A DNA stretch of 63,934 nt, counting the filler, from Craspedostauros australis (taxonomy: Eukaryota): assembly GCA_030167865.1 (NCBI GenBank). It is 9 parts of 9 records of this genome, joined end to end, with 100 filler letters (N's around TTAATTAATTAA, not from the genome) between each part and the next. Parts side by side here need not be neighbours in the genome. Positions count along the whole stretch, not along the records: positions 1 to 11,434 come from JALAGF010000895.1; 8 more parts are not named here. One strand, given 5' to 3'. This document shows, piece after piece, positions 1-10,956 of the stretch. Positions within the stretch are counted from its first letter, which is position 1; every line of letters starts with the position of its first letter. Under the pieces are notes generated by a model. It made no database searches. It was not told where the DNA came from and saw only the letters and a program-made list of their open reading frames with translations. The position numbers and the translations under genes are program-made.

Positions 1-311
1 GGGATGGCACCACCAATGCTTTGCTGCTTGACACAAAACCGGCAGGAGGAAACACCCAAAGGAGCCAAATCACCAACAGCGTGACACCGGACCTGTCACC
101 GGACCTGTCACAACATCACCATCCACACCATTGAATACAATTTCGGTCTGTCATCGACCGTCAATGACGTCACTCTTTTTGTCCGCGTTGAGGACAAGCC
201 AGCCAGTATTGGTGTCGTAGACATATAGCTAAATATGTCTAACCCTAGTTGACAACACAGTACATCGCCATCTAAGAAAGTAGTGTTTTCCTATTATTCA
301 CCTTCAGGGAC

Positions 312-373
312 ACATGATGGTACCCAGCATGGGGCTTACAGAAAACATGATGGTACCCAGCATGGGGCTTACA
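312..373. repeat. Two copies of a 29-bp direct repeat (ACATGATGGTACCCAGCATGGGGCTTACA) separated by GAAA
   Basis: Exact copies at 312-340 and 345-373. Confidence 0.9.
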
Positions 374-522
374 AGAACCACTGAATTGGCAGCAGAAGAA
401 TTGTTCTTGCTCACTACGACCACCTTCCACTTGTGAAACAGTCGTCTGGCTCATGCAACCACCAGTTTTGCGCCCAGCGGTTGGATGTGGCGAGTTCACG
501 CCAGGAGGATCCATTCACGAAT

Positions 523-760
523 TGTTGACAGCAAAACCGATGAAGTGCATTTAATGCACTTCAAATGCATTTTTTGAACCCCAAATGCATTAAATGCACT
601 CCAAGTGCATTAAATGCAAAAGGAAGCAGGTTCGACGGGACTCGATGACACTTCAACCAAACGGAAGCAATGACTAAATTTGTCCGAGTAACACCGATTG
701 ATAAAGTGGTAATATCAATGAATCAAACGAAGACGTCGCTGCGACATCGCTTTGTCAACA
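523..760. mobile_element. Possible MITE or solo-LTR-like element with TGTTGACA...TGTCAACA inverted ends and internal TGCATT(A/T)AATGCA palindromes
   Basis: 8-bp perfect terminal inverted repeat with an imperfect extension, and 3-4 palindromic motifs at about 545-620. No target-site duplication seen. Confidence 0.3.
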
Positions 761-1184
761 TCTCACAAACAACGAAGAAACACAACAAATGACAAAAAGC
801 ACTTTGGGGTCGTACTAGTCGTAAACTGAAGTATTTGATGCACTTGCCGGGTATCCCAGCGGAGAGGTCATCGTCGCCATCACCATCGACATCACCATCA
901 GCATCAACATCACCATCAACATCACCATCGACATCACCAACCCACAATCTGCAATCCACGATCCACGATCCACGGCTCACAATACATACACTGATCATTC
1001 TCATCAGAGGATCATCAGCACAAGTCGTACACCAGTAAGAAGGAGATCGCTGCCATCCATACTAACGCAATACGAACGCAATACTCACGCAATAGTCTCT
1101 CTAGACTATTATTCTACATCATATTCTATTCTATTATATTCTATTATACAATACTTCGCACGACGAGAACGAGCGTTGGTGGCC

Positions 1185-3818
1185 ATGGCAAAGTCCAGAG
1201 CAAAGAGAAAGGCGAAGAAGCCAAAAGCTGCAACAGCGCAGAATTCAAATGCGGATCAGCATGGCAGCACGAACGACAATGGTGCGACTCGCAACCCACG
1301 CAGCCAAGAGCTTGAGGAGGAGGTGGCTGCACTGAAAATGCAGTTGGAACAGGCTCAACAGACGATTCGTGCGCTGCAAGGTTCGGGAGCGAATGGGATG
1401 GGGCCAGCCAACACAATCAGCAACGGCAGTACCAACGACGGCACCAACGGCAGTACCAACGACGGCATCAACGACGACAACGATGAGACAGAGACGGATT
1501 GGTCGAACCATGTTGCGGTGGATCTAAGTGAGCAACCGATGGCGAACAGTCCATCGATGCTGACTTCCATCTCACCGCCCGCCGTGTTTCATCGACCGCT
1601 CGGAAAGAAGGGCTACCTCTTCAAATGGCAGGACAGGAGCATTGGCTGGGGTGGCACCAAGTGGGCGCTCAGATTTGTGGCCCTGGAGGATGGAAAGGTG
1701 GCGTACTTTGGCTCCCACCACGATCCGCTCACATCGCCACCGCGGTACGTGCTCAATCTCAAGGGCTGCGCCGTGCGAGACGAGGGTTGGAAGAGGAATC
1801 GCCGTCACAAGAGCACCAGCCGCGGTCGCACGAATTCGGGTGATGGATCCGACGAACCTCCCTTGGATGAAAGCGGAGCCTACTTCTTCGTCTTTTCGAT
1901 CTACCTGCGTCAAGACCAAGACGTCTCGCAGCGCAACGCAGGGCGTGCTTTGCATCCAGGACAGGCAGGCAAGGGCAGTTCCATCCTGTCGCAGAGCAGC
2001 TCCGACAGCAGCAGCGCCAAGTCCACGACGGTCGCATTCGAAGATGTCGTGCCCTTGCTGCGCTTCTCGACGCCATCCTTGGCCGAGAAGCAACGATGGA
2101 TCCAGCTCATTTCAGAAACGTGCGCCTATTGCGAGACGGAAGCGTACCTGCAGGATGAGGCCGATCGCTACGACGAATCGCGTTTCCGCCGCGAGCAGCA
2201 AATGAAGATGGCCCTGGCGATGCCCGAAGCCAAGACCGACGGCACCTTGCCACCGCTCTACTTCGCCCCGGCATCCACGCGCCGCTTTCCGAAACGCCAT
2301 CCAAGCCACAGCAGGCTGCCATTGGATGCAAAGCTCTTTCGTTCCAAGACGGCAGACCCCAACGCGGACAAGGTGGAATCCAGATCCATCAAGGGCTACC
2401 CACCCTCGAAGCCCATGCATCGCAGCGCAGCGCCGTCGTACCTCAGCCTGGAGGCGCCACCTCAGAACTACCGCGGCTTGTTCAATTTGGGCATCATCAT
2501 CTTGGTCGTCAGCAACTTCCGATTGATGCTCGGAACCGTGCGTCGACATGGATTCGTCATCACGAAATTGCTGCGCCATCTCCAGGACTTCCCCACGGTG
2601 AGGTACAACCGTGAGGCCTGGCAAGAATTCCCAATCCTCTCCGCCCTCATGCTGCAGGTCTTGTTCGTCATCACAGCATTCGGTCTGGAACGCTTGCTCA
2701 GCCGGCGGCGGTTGCCCAATTCGTTCGGCATGATGCTGCACTACGCCAACGCGTACAGCGCCTTGCTCTTGCCCACGGTCATTGTGTGGAAGTTCATCGA
2801 GTCGCCACCCGTGGGTTCCGCCGTCCTCATGCATGCCACCATCACGTGGATGAAGCTGGTCTCGTACGCGCACGCCAACGACGACTATCGAGCATCCGCC
2901 CAGAGCATGGACAAGGACGCTGTCAACCCGCACAATGCTACGCTTGCGCTGATCGAGAATCTGGAGGATGCCGACCTGGCGCTGTCGTACCCGCAGAACG
3001 TGACACTCAACAACCTGCTGTACTTCTGGTGCGCCCCGACACTGACGTACCAGATCGCGTTTCCCAAGTACCCCAAGATCCGCCTGTGGAAGATCTTGGC
3101 AATTCTATTGCGAATGGGAATAGTGACGGTCATGTTCACCTTCCTGGCAGCCCAGTTCGTGTCCCCGACGTTGCAGAGCCTGGTGACCGAGCTGGACGCC
3201 ACTCACGGACGGCTGACGATGAGTCTCATGGCGGAATACTGGCTTCGCCTTTCCATCGCCAACACCTACCTTTGGCTGCTCATGTTCTACGCCTACTTCC
3301 ATCTCTACCTCAACCTCATCGCGGAAGTGCTGCGATTTGGCGACCGCGTCTTCTACAAGGACTGGTGGAACTCCTCCGACGTCTCGTCGTACTGGAGGCT
3401 GTGGAACATGCCCGTCCACTTCTGGCTGATCCGCCACGTGTATTTCCCGTGCATCCGATGCAACATGCCCAAGGTCATGGCAACCTTCGTCGTCTTTCTG
3501 GTCTCCGCCGTGATGCACGAAGTGCTCGTGAGCGTCCCCTTCCACATGATTCGTCCGTGGAGCTTCTTGGGCATGATGATGCAGCTGCCGTTGGTGGCCG
3601 TCACCAAATTCTTGTGCAGCAAGTTTCCCGGCAGCTCGATTGGCAACCTGATCTTTTGGATCTCATTCTGCGTGGTGGGACAGCCGATGGCGATTCTGCT
3701 GTACACCGTCGACTATCAGTACGAGAAACAGTTCGCCAATGTTGTGGATGCGTGCAGTGCTGCCGCAGCTGGCGGCGGCGTGGATGGTGTGGTCGGTCGA
3801 TCCTGTGTCGCATCGTGA
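1185..3818 (+). CDS. DGAT1: Diacylglycerol O-acyltransferase 1 (MBOAT family) with N-terminal pleckstrin-homology domain
   Basis: PH-like KKGYLFKW...WALRFVALE...EKQRWIQLI segment. MBOAT/DGAT1 motifs NYRGLFNL, APTLTYQ, FGDRVFYKDWWN, YWRLWNMPVH and SAVMHE (catalytic His). First ATG at 1185; single open frame. Confidence 0.95.
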   Translation: MAKSRAKRKAKKPKAATAQNSNADQHGSTNDNGATRNPRSQELEEEVAALKMQLEQAQQTIRALQGSGANGMGPANTISNGSTNDGTNGSTNDGINDDNDETETDWSNHVAVDLSEQPMANSPSMLTSISPPAVFHRPLGKKGYLFKWQDRSIGWGGTKWALRFVALEDGKVAYFGSHHDPLTSPPRYVLNLKGCAVRDEGWKRNRRHKSTSRGRTNSGDGSDEPPLDESGAYFFVFSIYLRQDQDVSQRNAGRALHPGQAGKGSSILSQSSSDSSSAKSTTVAFEDVVPLLRFSTPSLAEKQRWIQLISETCAYCETEAYLQDEADRYDESRFRREQQMKMALAMPEAKTDGTLPPLYFAPASTRRFPKRHPSHSRLPLDAKLFRSKTADPNADKVESRSIKGYPPSKPMHRSAAPSYLSLEAPPQNYRGLFNLGIIILVVSNFRLMLGTVRRHGFVITKLLRHLQDFPTVRYNREAWQEFPILSALMLQVLFVITAFGLERLLSRRRLPNSFGMMLHYANAYSALLLPTVIVWKFIESPPVGSAVLMHATITWMKLVSYAHANDDYRASAQSMDKDAVNPHNATLALIENLEDADLALSYPQNVTLNNLLYFWCAPTLTYQIAFPKYPKIRLWKILAILLRMGIVTVMFTFLAAQFVSPTLQSLVTELDATHGRLTMSLMAEYWLRLSIANTYLWLLMFYAYFHLYLNLIAEVLRFGDRVFYKDWWNSSDVSSYWRLWNMPVHFWLIRHVYFPCIRCNMPKVMATFVVFLVSAVMHEVLVSVPFHMIRPWSFLGMMMQLPLVAVTKFLCSKFPGSSIGNLIFWISFCVVGQPMAILLYTVDYQYEKQFANVVDACSAAAAGGGVDGVVGRSCVAS

Positions 3819-4268
3819 GGCAACCAAGTGTTGGCGTGGGCTCTTGCCGCAGAGTGGTGGAGTAACGTGCTGACTTGCATGGATAACGGCATACAATAGA
3901 GCAATAGTGCGACCTACTCATGCTGTGATGGGAATGCATACTCTCTAATATCATACAATACAATGCAAACTGCGATCTGAACTATGATACCATTAGATCC
4001 CATACCATATCATACCATACAGTAGCACTGCACTGTCCTCCGCAGCGATACTCCTCTCTCGAGAGATCCAACAGTAGAGGTGATGAACATGGATGTATGC
4101 ATACACTTATGCATGGATAGGTCGTAGACATGTAAAATATATTGGGGGTACAATTGAGCAGATGATGCTTTTGGTTATCAACTTAATGTCCTGTCTTGCG
4201 TCGCCATCGAGTTGACCATAGTACCATACTCTGCTCTACGACACTCTGCAGTAGAAGCCGCAGAAAAC

Positions 4269-6203
4269 TCACAGCAGGTGTTCCAGATCGAGCTCCATGA
4301 CGGATGCGGGGTACTGGATGTCAAAGTTCTTGAGGACGTTGGGATGGAGGATGCCGAAGGTTCCCAGACGAATCTTGGACTCGGTGCCTGGCTTTGTGAG
4401 AAGAATTGTGGCAGCCCGACCCGGGAAGTACATGCCGAATTCGTGCGATCCTTCCGGCAGCGGGTTGATGGTGTACTCCCAGCCTTCCTTGCTGACTCGG
4501 TACTGCTCGTCCTCGGCCTGCGCCTTCTTTGCGGAGGTGGCGACGTAGGCCGCCTCGGGACCGACCTCCGTGAGCGTCATGATGCGATCGACGAGGCCGT
4601 GCAGAATCTCGAATCCGGAGGTGGGTCCCGCGTACACGGCGGCGACCTTGCGCGAGTTCTTGGCACCGACACGAGTTTCGGTGGCGACGTGGTCCGCATC
4701 AGCCACGACGACGTCGCTGACTTCGAAGAGCTTGAATCCGTTGGTGAAGGAGGCCGACTTGTTGTGCTGCAGGGTTTTGAGAAGGCCTGGCAGCAGGGTG
4801 GTTCGGACGACCTGGTACTCTACGTTGGCAGGGTTGGAGAGGGAGACGGTGGTCTCCATCTTGATGGGGCATTGCAGGGCGGTGAAGTTGTCGTGGATGC
4901 TGCAGAGACCGTGGGTGAGGACCTCTGTGTATCCGGCGCGCGCAATTTCGTCGCGCAGGAGATCTCCGAGCTGGTTGAGGGGGAACTCACCGCCGACCGT
5001 GTGCGTTTGCGGCACCTTCTTGACGATGTTGTTGTATCCGAAGGCAATGCCGATGTCTTCGGCGATGTCGACGGGGTGCAGGATGTCTGACCTCGTGGGC
5101 GGGACGGTGACCTCCAGGACGGTGTCATTGTCCAGGAGCGTGGCCGGTCCCAGCTGGACCTTGTTGCAGAGGGTCTGCATCTCGGCGGCCGTGATGTCGA
5201 TTCCGATGAGGGAGTTGCAGAAGTCGACCTTGGCCTTCTCGCGTCTGGTGAATAGCTTTGGCGTGACGTAGGAATCGGCGATGGATCCATCCGCTGCCTC
5301 GTAGTTGACCTTGACCGGGTGGACGGTGAATGGCTGCGCGCAGTACTCGGAGAACATGGTGACGACGGTGTCCAGCACGATGTTGGCCTTGGTGAGGTCC
5401 GTGGCCGTGCACTCGATGAAGACGTTCTTGGTTGCCAGGGTGAGCTTGGAGTGCGCGCCGTTGATGATGGGCGGCAGAGACATGACGCGCTCGTCCGCAT
5501 CGAGGACGACCGGGTAGAGCGGCGAGTCCTTGATGATGGCGACGTAGGGCTTGAGGTGCTTGACCTCCGGCTGGGTCTCGTAGAATTCGAGGAGGTCGTT
5601 GGCCTGGAAGCTGCCCTTGTCATCGGGAGTGAGGGGCACGAAGTTGATGTCTGCGGGAGCGCGGGCGTCGTAGACGAAGGGTCCCTTGACGGTGTCCATG
5701 TCGTGCGTCCCGATGGCCACCAGGGTGCGCAGACGGCAGAGGTTGCGGTGCAGCTGGTCCTGCAGGTCGATGAAGGAGTCGTACCGCTCCTGCGTGAAGG
5801 TGACGTCCTTGAGGATGGCGGCCACGCAGAACGGGCGGATGGTGTCGGCGTTGGCCTTCTTGACCGTGAGGGTGACCTCCGCCGCGTCGTCCGAGACGAT
5901 GCTGTAGGTGGGGGCCTCCTGGTCGCCCAGGAAGATCCTGAGCGCGCGGCTGAGGCCCTCCACGCACAGCAGATCGTATCGGTTGGCGGGGACGTCGATC
6001 TTGTAGAGCACGGCAGCGGACAGCGACTCCAGCTGCTGCTTGCTCAGCTTCACGGTGGCGGACTTCTGGGCCTCCTCGCGCTCCGATGTCACCTCGTCCA
6101 GCTCCACTCCGAATTCGAAGCACAGCTCGTCGAAGGCCTCATCGCTGTATGTACGTCCCAGGTGGGTGTACAGGATGTCGCGTTCTACGGAGAGGGTTGG
6201 CAT
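4269..6203 (-). CDS. FARSB: Phenylalanyl-tRNA synthetase beta subunit (cytosolic type)
   Basis: FDELCFEFGVELDE, IDVPANRYDLLCVEG, LQDQLHRNLCRLRTLVAIGTHD, VPPTRSDILHPVDIAED, RTTLLPGLLKTL; intronless 644-aa ORF. Confidence 0.97.
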   Translation of the reverse strand: MPTLSVERDILYTHLGRTYSDEAFDELCFEFGVELDEVTSEREEAQKSATVKLSKQQLESLSAAVLYKIDVPANRYDLLCVEGLSRALRIFLGDQEAPTYSIVSDDAAEVTLTVKKANADTIRPFCVAAILKDVTFTQERYDSFIDLQDQLHRNLCRLRTLVAIGTHDMDTVKGPFVYDARAPADINFVPLTPDDKGSFQANDLLEFYETQPEVKHLKPYVAIIKDSPLYPVVLDADERVMSLPPIINGAHSKLTLATKNVFIECTATDLTKANIVLDTVVTMFSEYCAQPFTVHPVKVNYEAADGSIADSYVTPKLFTRREKAKVDFCNSLIGIDITAAEMQTLCNKVQLGPATLLDNDTVLEVTVPPTRSDILHPVDIAEDIGIAFGYNNIVKKVPQTHTVGGEFPLNQLGDLLRDEIARAGYTEVLTHGLCSIHDNFTALQCPIKMETTVSLSNPANVEYQVVRTTLLPGLLKTLQHNKSASFTNGFKLFEVSDVVVADADHVATETRVGAKNSRKVAAVYAGPTSGFEILHGLVDRIMTLTEVGPEAAYVATSAKKAQAEDEQYRVSKEGWEYTINPLPEGSHEFGMYFPGRAATILLTKPGTESKIRLGTFGILHPNVLKNFDIQYPASVMELDLEHLL

Positions 6204-7289
6204 TATTCCTTTTGTGTTCTGCTACTGTTGTTGTTGTTGTTGTTTGCTACTGCAGGTTCTTGTGGGATTTATCGGAGGGAGATCCTGCTGTCGTTGTCGC
6301 TGTCGATTGCTCGTTGCTGATCAAACGAGTACTGATGGACTCTGCTGGTGTTGGTGGCGATGTTCTGTTCGATGGACGATCGATTGAGGTCGTTCGTTCG
6401 ATTGCTTCTCCGACAAAGGCTGTCGTCGATCCTTGATCCTTGATCGCAGTCTCTCTCTTGATGTCGGTGAGGCTCCGGTTGTGGATCTTCTTGTTGGTTG
6501 TTCTGTCGCTGGTTCTTCCTGTGGTGGATCATCTCGTTTTTGTACCTTGTGTTTGCGTGCATGTTTGGGTTTGGACGTCCGCATCCACGCGTCACCGTGT
6601 TGTTGCGCGCACTTGTTTGTGCGGTTCTGAACGATTCAACAGCACATGGGCCAATTCGTGTAAATCAGGTTGAGCAATGGACTCGCGTGATCCCTTTCGT
6701 TTTGGCGCCAAACCGACAACAGAAATCGGGTTCTCTCCCTCCTTCTACCGAATCCACACACGAGCATCCACACACAAACATCCACACGCGCGAATATTTG
6801 TAATCTACGAGTGCATCCCTGCGGTACCGACACTTACCTGCAACACACTCCTTCTATCAAGCTCGTGGACACTAAGAGATTCGCATCCCACACCTACAAC
6901 TAAAACGGTTGCGCTAACTATGCGAATGGAAGAGGTGCAGGTTCCGCCAAACAACAGGATGATGTTCTCACAAGTAATCGCGCGGAACATGAAACCCAAC
7001 AGAGCACGTGCAGCAGGAAATGAATTGAATTGAAGTGACTCAACCTATATCTGCTTTATTCTGCTTGCATTCGCTTGTGTTACCGCTGCCGCTGTTATTC
7101 TTGTTCGTAATCGAAGTCCAAAGAGTGACGAGCTTGGTTGTTGCATCCCCGTCTCCATTCGATCTCCAAGTGCGTGGTCGAACACCTTCGCGTTTCAGCT
7201 GCTCTCATCATTTTCACATGATCTTGCGAAGAAGAAGAACGACGACGACGACGACAGCGGATGCCCGTGCATGTCGTTGCAGTCATCGC

Positions 7290-7583
7290 TTATTCGCCCT
7301 CGACCATGACGTGGAAGCTCTTGGCACCCTGCTGGCGCTTCTCGAAGTATGGTTGGTACTCTTCGCATGCCATGAACTCAAGGCCCTTTTCCTTGCTTGG
7401 CCACTCGATCATGGCGTAGAGCTGTGGTCGCTCCCTTGGCTCGCCTTCGATCTGCTCGTGGTTGGGGGTGCGGGCCCTGTACACACCGCCGTACTTGGCG
7501 ACGATGGCGGGGACATCCTTGAAGTAGGATGCCATCAATACAGCGTCCGTGACGGTGATTTCGAGGATGGAGTAGTAAGGCAT
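7290..7583 (-). CDS. DUF1330-family small protein, copy 1
   Basis: 97 aa; Y..DVPAIVAKYGGVY, IEGE, IEWPS.E....F....EYQP pattern typical of DUF1330 (dimeric alpha-beta barrel). Confidence 0.85.
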   Translation of the reverse strand: MPYYSILEITVTDAVLMASYFKDVPAIVAKYGGVYRARTPNHEQIEGEPRERPQLYAMIEWPSKEKGLEFMACEEYQPYFEKRQQGAKSFHVMVEGE

Positions 7584-8784
7584 GGTGGATATTGCTGTTG
7601 CTGTTGCTTTAGTTGTGCTGTTGTTTGCGTTTGATCGCGATTTGGATTTTATGAGAGTTGTTGGAAGTCCTCAGGGGCAACGACAACTTGTTGCGATTGC
7701 CGAGGACCTTGGGTGTTTTGATCGGTCAGAAAGACCAAGTATAGCGCTGAGACTACAATACTCTGCGGGGTTGCGCAACGCTCTTTGGCATTTATTGGAC
7801 ACCCATTCCCGCAGAATCTCTGGTTTCTCACATGAACGAACCAGAACGACGGATTTATTGGAAGTAGAAGTATAGCGGAGTATAAGTAGCGTCCTTCCAC
7901 ATGACAACTTGAAGAGCTGCATTCATGTGGCGTTGAATCGCGTTGCTTTCCTGATCCAGACCAAAAGATACGATGATCCTTCCTCTCTTCCGGGTCGCTT
8001 CCGGCTGTGTCCAAGCCAAGTGTTGTGGAATTGTGTTTGGGACACTCTTCATTTTTAGCGGACAGTCAAGCCAGTGCAGAGCCGAGCAGAACGAAGTCGT
8101 GTTGATGCCAACGTCCGTTACTGGACAGACTTAGTATCTGCACCGAACCAAGATCAAGCATATGCGGTTGGTCCAGAGACATCGATTCTGTGTGATGTCT
8201 GGTGCGAAACGATTCGCACGCACCAAAGTCTGATGCTGGAATATAAATGAACAATCAACAGTGAACCATCAACGATGAACAACAAGGAGTGATTCCTCTC
8301 TCTCCCCCTTCCACTGGCTGATGAGCACGTACGCATCGATGCGTGATGCAACTGCTCCTCTGCTTGCGAAGAATCCAACATTCCTACGAACCATACAAAC
8401 TCTAATTTATGGCATCCCACGACAATGAGAATGCGAGTTGCCATTACGCCAAACATGGAGAAAAGTTGTCTGTCTGATTCTACCCGCGGCAATTACATTG
8501 CGAGCATACCGACGTTGCTGCTGTTTCGATGGCAACTTGCGGAATGAGGAAATGAACTGTTGTGCCCATGTATCTGTCTGAGCATCGCGTGCACTTGCAG
8601 TTAGGTATCGCTTTCCAACTCCATTCGATTTGACGGTTTCCGTATGGCACCACGCTGCCGCAGAGACCACGAAGTCTCCACCGAATGTGACCGTCAGCAT
8701 TTCCATTTCCTCTCCCCATTTCACAAGGCGTTACCAAGAAGGACGACGGCAACGACTGCCTGCATGGTTGGTCGCAGCCGGACT

Positions 8785-9078
8785 CTACTGGCCTTCGACA
8801 AGGATGTGCACGGTCTTGGCTCCCTTCAGGCGATTTTCGAAGTAGGGTTGGTACTCGGGACTATCCCTGAATGCCATGACGCTCTCCTTGCTTGGCCACT
8901 CGAGGATGACACGGAGCTGTGGTCGCTCCCTCGGCTCGCCTTCCATCTGCTCGTGATTTGCTGTCCGAGCCTTGTATACGCCGCCGTGCTTGGCGACGAT
9001 GGCGGGGACATCCGTGAAGTAGGACGCCATCAAGCTCTGGTCGATGACGGTGACTTCGATGATGGAGTAGTAGGTCAT
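8785..9078 (-). CDS. DUF1330-family small protein, copy 2
   Basis: Start placed at MTYYSII (9078) by alignment to the other copies; 97 aa, colinear with copies 1 and 3. The upstream in-frame extension is only a simple repeat. Confidence 0.85.
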   Translation of the reverse strand: MTYYSIIEVTVIDQSLMASYFTDVPAIVAKHGGVYKARTANHEQMEGEPRERPQLRVILEWPSKESVMAFRDSPEYQPYFENRLKGAKTVHILVEGQ

Positions 9079-9096
9079 GGTGGATATTGTCGCTAG

Positions 9097-9210
9097 GTTG
9101 CTGTGTTGTCGTTGTTGCTGTGTCGTTGTTGCTGTGTCGTTGTTGCTGTGTCGTTGTTGCTGTGTCGTTGTTGCTGTTTTGTCGTTGTTGCTGTTTTGTC
9201 GTTGCTGTGG
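9097..9210. repeat. Imperfect GTT-rich minisatellite (GTTGCTGTGTCGTT-like units) upstream of DUF1330 copy 2
   Basis: About six near-identical units seen directly. Confidence 0.8.
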
Positions 9211-10145
9211 TTTGATCACGTTCTTCATTTTGTGAGCATCCTACTCATCCTCGCATCTCACCTCGAATCACCAACACGGTTCACACAGCATTTGTTTGTG
9301 CAGTCTGCACAATGCAGCGATTGCAGAGTCTCGATGTCTTTGATTCTGTCAGAAAATCCGTTCTATCCATCAACCACCGATGTGTGGACGTATGTGTGTG
9401 ATGTTGTGTGGCACGTAAGTTCGGTTTCCGCCGAGGGCTGTCACCAAGATGCATCTCGAAATCCTTCATTTGCATTCCAAACTGAGGCATCACATGTTCC
9501 AAAGACTTCTGTGGCAATGAAAAGCCACGCCATCAAACCCAAATCACATGGCGCAAACATGGACCACCCAGATGTATGCCCCCAACCGAACTCTCGAGCA
9601 GCCACAAGGGACACCATTCTGTTGACACCTCCAAAGTTGATGTTGCATTTGGGACACTCTGATTGTCTTGGTCCATTCGAATCAGTCGTAAATCGATAGA
9701 AATCAAACTGTCCGTTGTATACCACGTTTGTAAACGTCCGTTAATTGTACGGCCTAGTGTATGTCGTGAACCAAGAACTGTACTTCGCGCTGCCGACATC
9801 CCAACGACTATCAATCCACGTGCGACTGCACAAGAATAAGAATTGAATTGAATTAGTTTGAGTGACGCCATAGCTGCATGGTTCTACGACACTTGTCTGG
9901 TGTGAATGGCCGCAACACGTGCATTCCTTCTGCTGGAGTTGCTGCCTTCGTGGTTGCAATTCGTAGAAAAATGAAGGTAACTCTTCGCCCAGATCTCCAT
10001 CTGGAACACCAGGTGCGGTTGGCGCCAGCTTCCCATAAACCTGGCTTGAAGTGGCGCTTTCCACACGAAGCCAGAAAAGCCAATGAGTTGCCTATGGAAT
10101 GGATGTCTCAGTGTTTCCACCTTCTCTCGCCATTTCGCATGCCCT

Positions 10146-10439
10146 CTAGTTGCCTTCGACGAGGACGTGGATGGCCTTGGCCCCCTTCTTTCGGTTTTCG
10201 AGGTGTGGCTGGTACTCAGGGCATTCCTCGAACGCAATAACGCTCTCCTTGTTGGGCCACTCGATGATGACCATCAACTTTGGCTGTTCCCTTGGCTCGC
10301 CTTCGATCTGCTCGTGGTTGGTGGTCTTCGCCCTGTACACGCCGCCGTATTTCGCGACGATCGCGGGGACTTCCTTGGAGTAGGCTGCCATCCAGCTATC
10401 TTCGGCTGGGGTCAGTTCGATGATGGAGAAGTAAGTCAT
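10146..10439 (-). CDS. DUF1330-family small protein, copy 3
   Basis: 97 aa, colinear paralog (VPAIVAKYGGVY, EQIEGEPRE, IEWP, PEYQP). Confidence 0.85.
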   Translation of the reverse strand: MTYFSIIELTPAEDSWMAAYSKEVPAIVAKYGGVYRAKTTNHEQIEGEPREQPKLMVIIEWPNKESVIAFEECPEYQPHLENRKKGAKAIHVLVEGN

Positions 10440-10956
10440 GGTGGCTGTTGTTATTGTTATTGTTGCTGCTGCTACTACTGTTGTTGTTGATGATTCGATG
10501 TTGCACTTGGCTTCGTTTAAGACTGCTTTCGATTTATGGGCATCCCATCCGCAAATTCGGTGCCAGTAGCAAGATCCACCTCCTCATGTTTCATTTGAAC
10601 TCCAATCCAAGACATCACGTGTTCGAAAGACTTCTTCACGGGGTGGACAGATGATGTCGAACATTACCGGCGCCAGTCTCTGTGGTGCAACCAGGGACGT
10701 TTCAGCACAGAGCCTTCGAGAGGAAGCTGTCAGAGAGGAAGATTGTGTATCAGATACTACTAGAGTACGAGCTGCGGGTGGCTCGTATGGTAGCAACCCT
10801 GTCGGTCCCAGGCCCTCGAAAATTCTCACTCTGGATACTCGTGCCCATGCGAATACGAGGAACGTTCGTGGATGTTTGGCTTGGACCGGCACGTGACGAC
10901 TCGCACCATACCTTCGAATAGCATCATTTTTGTTCTCAGCCATCGCAGAAGTTCTC

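Noticed and set aside
312..373. 29-bp direct repeat as a mini-CRISPR
   Set aside because: Only two copies with a 4-bp spacer, no cas genes, eukaryotic context.
4212..6320. Long plus-strand ORFs antisense to FARSB (and similar shadow ORFs over DGAT1, MFS, DUF6824)
   Set aside because: Expected by-product of GC3-rich codon usage on the coding strand; no recognisable motifs.
8066..8254. LRR-like VQILSLSSN peptide between DUF1330 copies
   Set aside because: Single short match with no neighbouring repeats; compatible with chance.
8785..9228. N-terminal Q/T-rich extension on DUF1330 copy 2
   Set aside because: It is translation of a minisatellite; paralogs start at the position equivalent to 9078.
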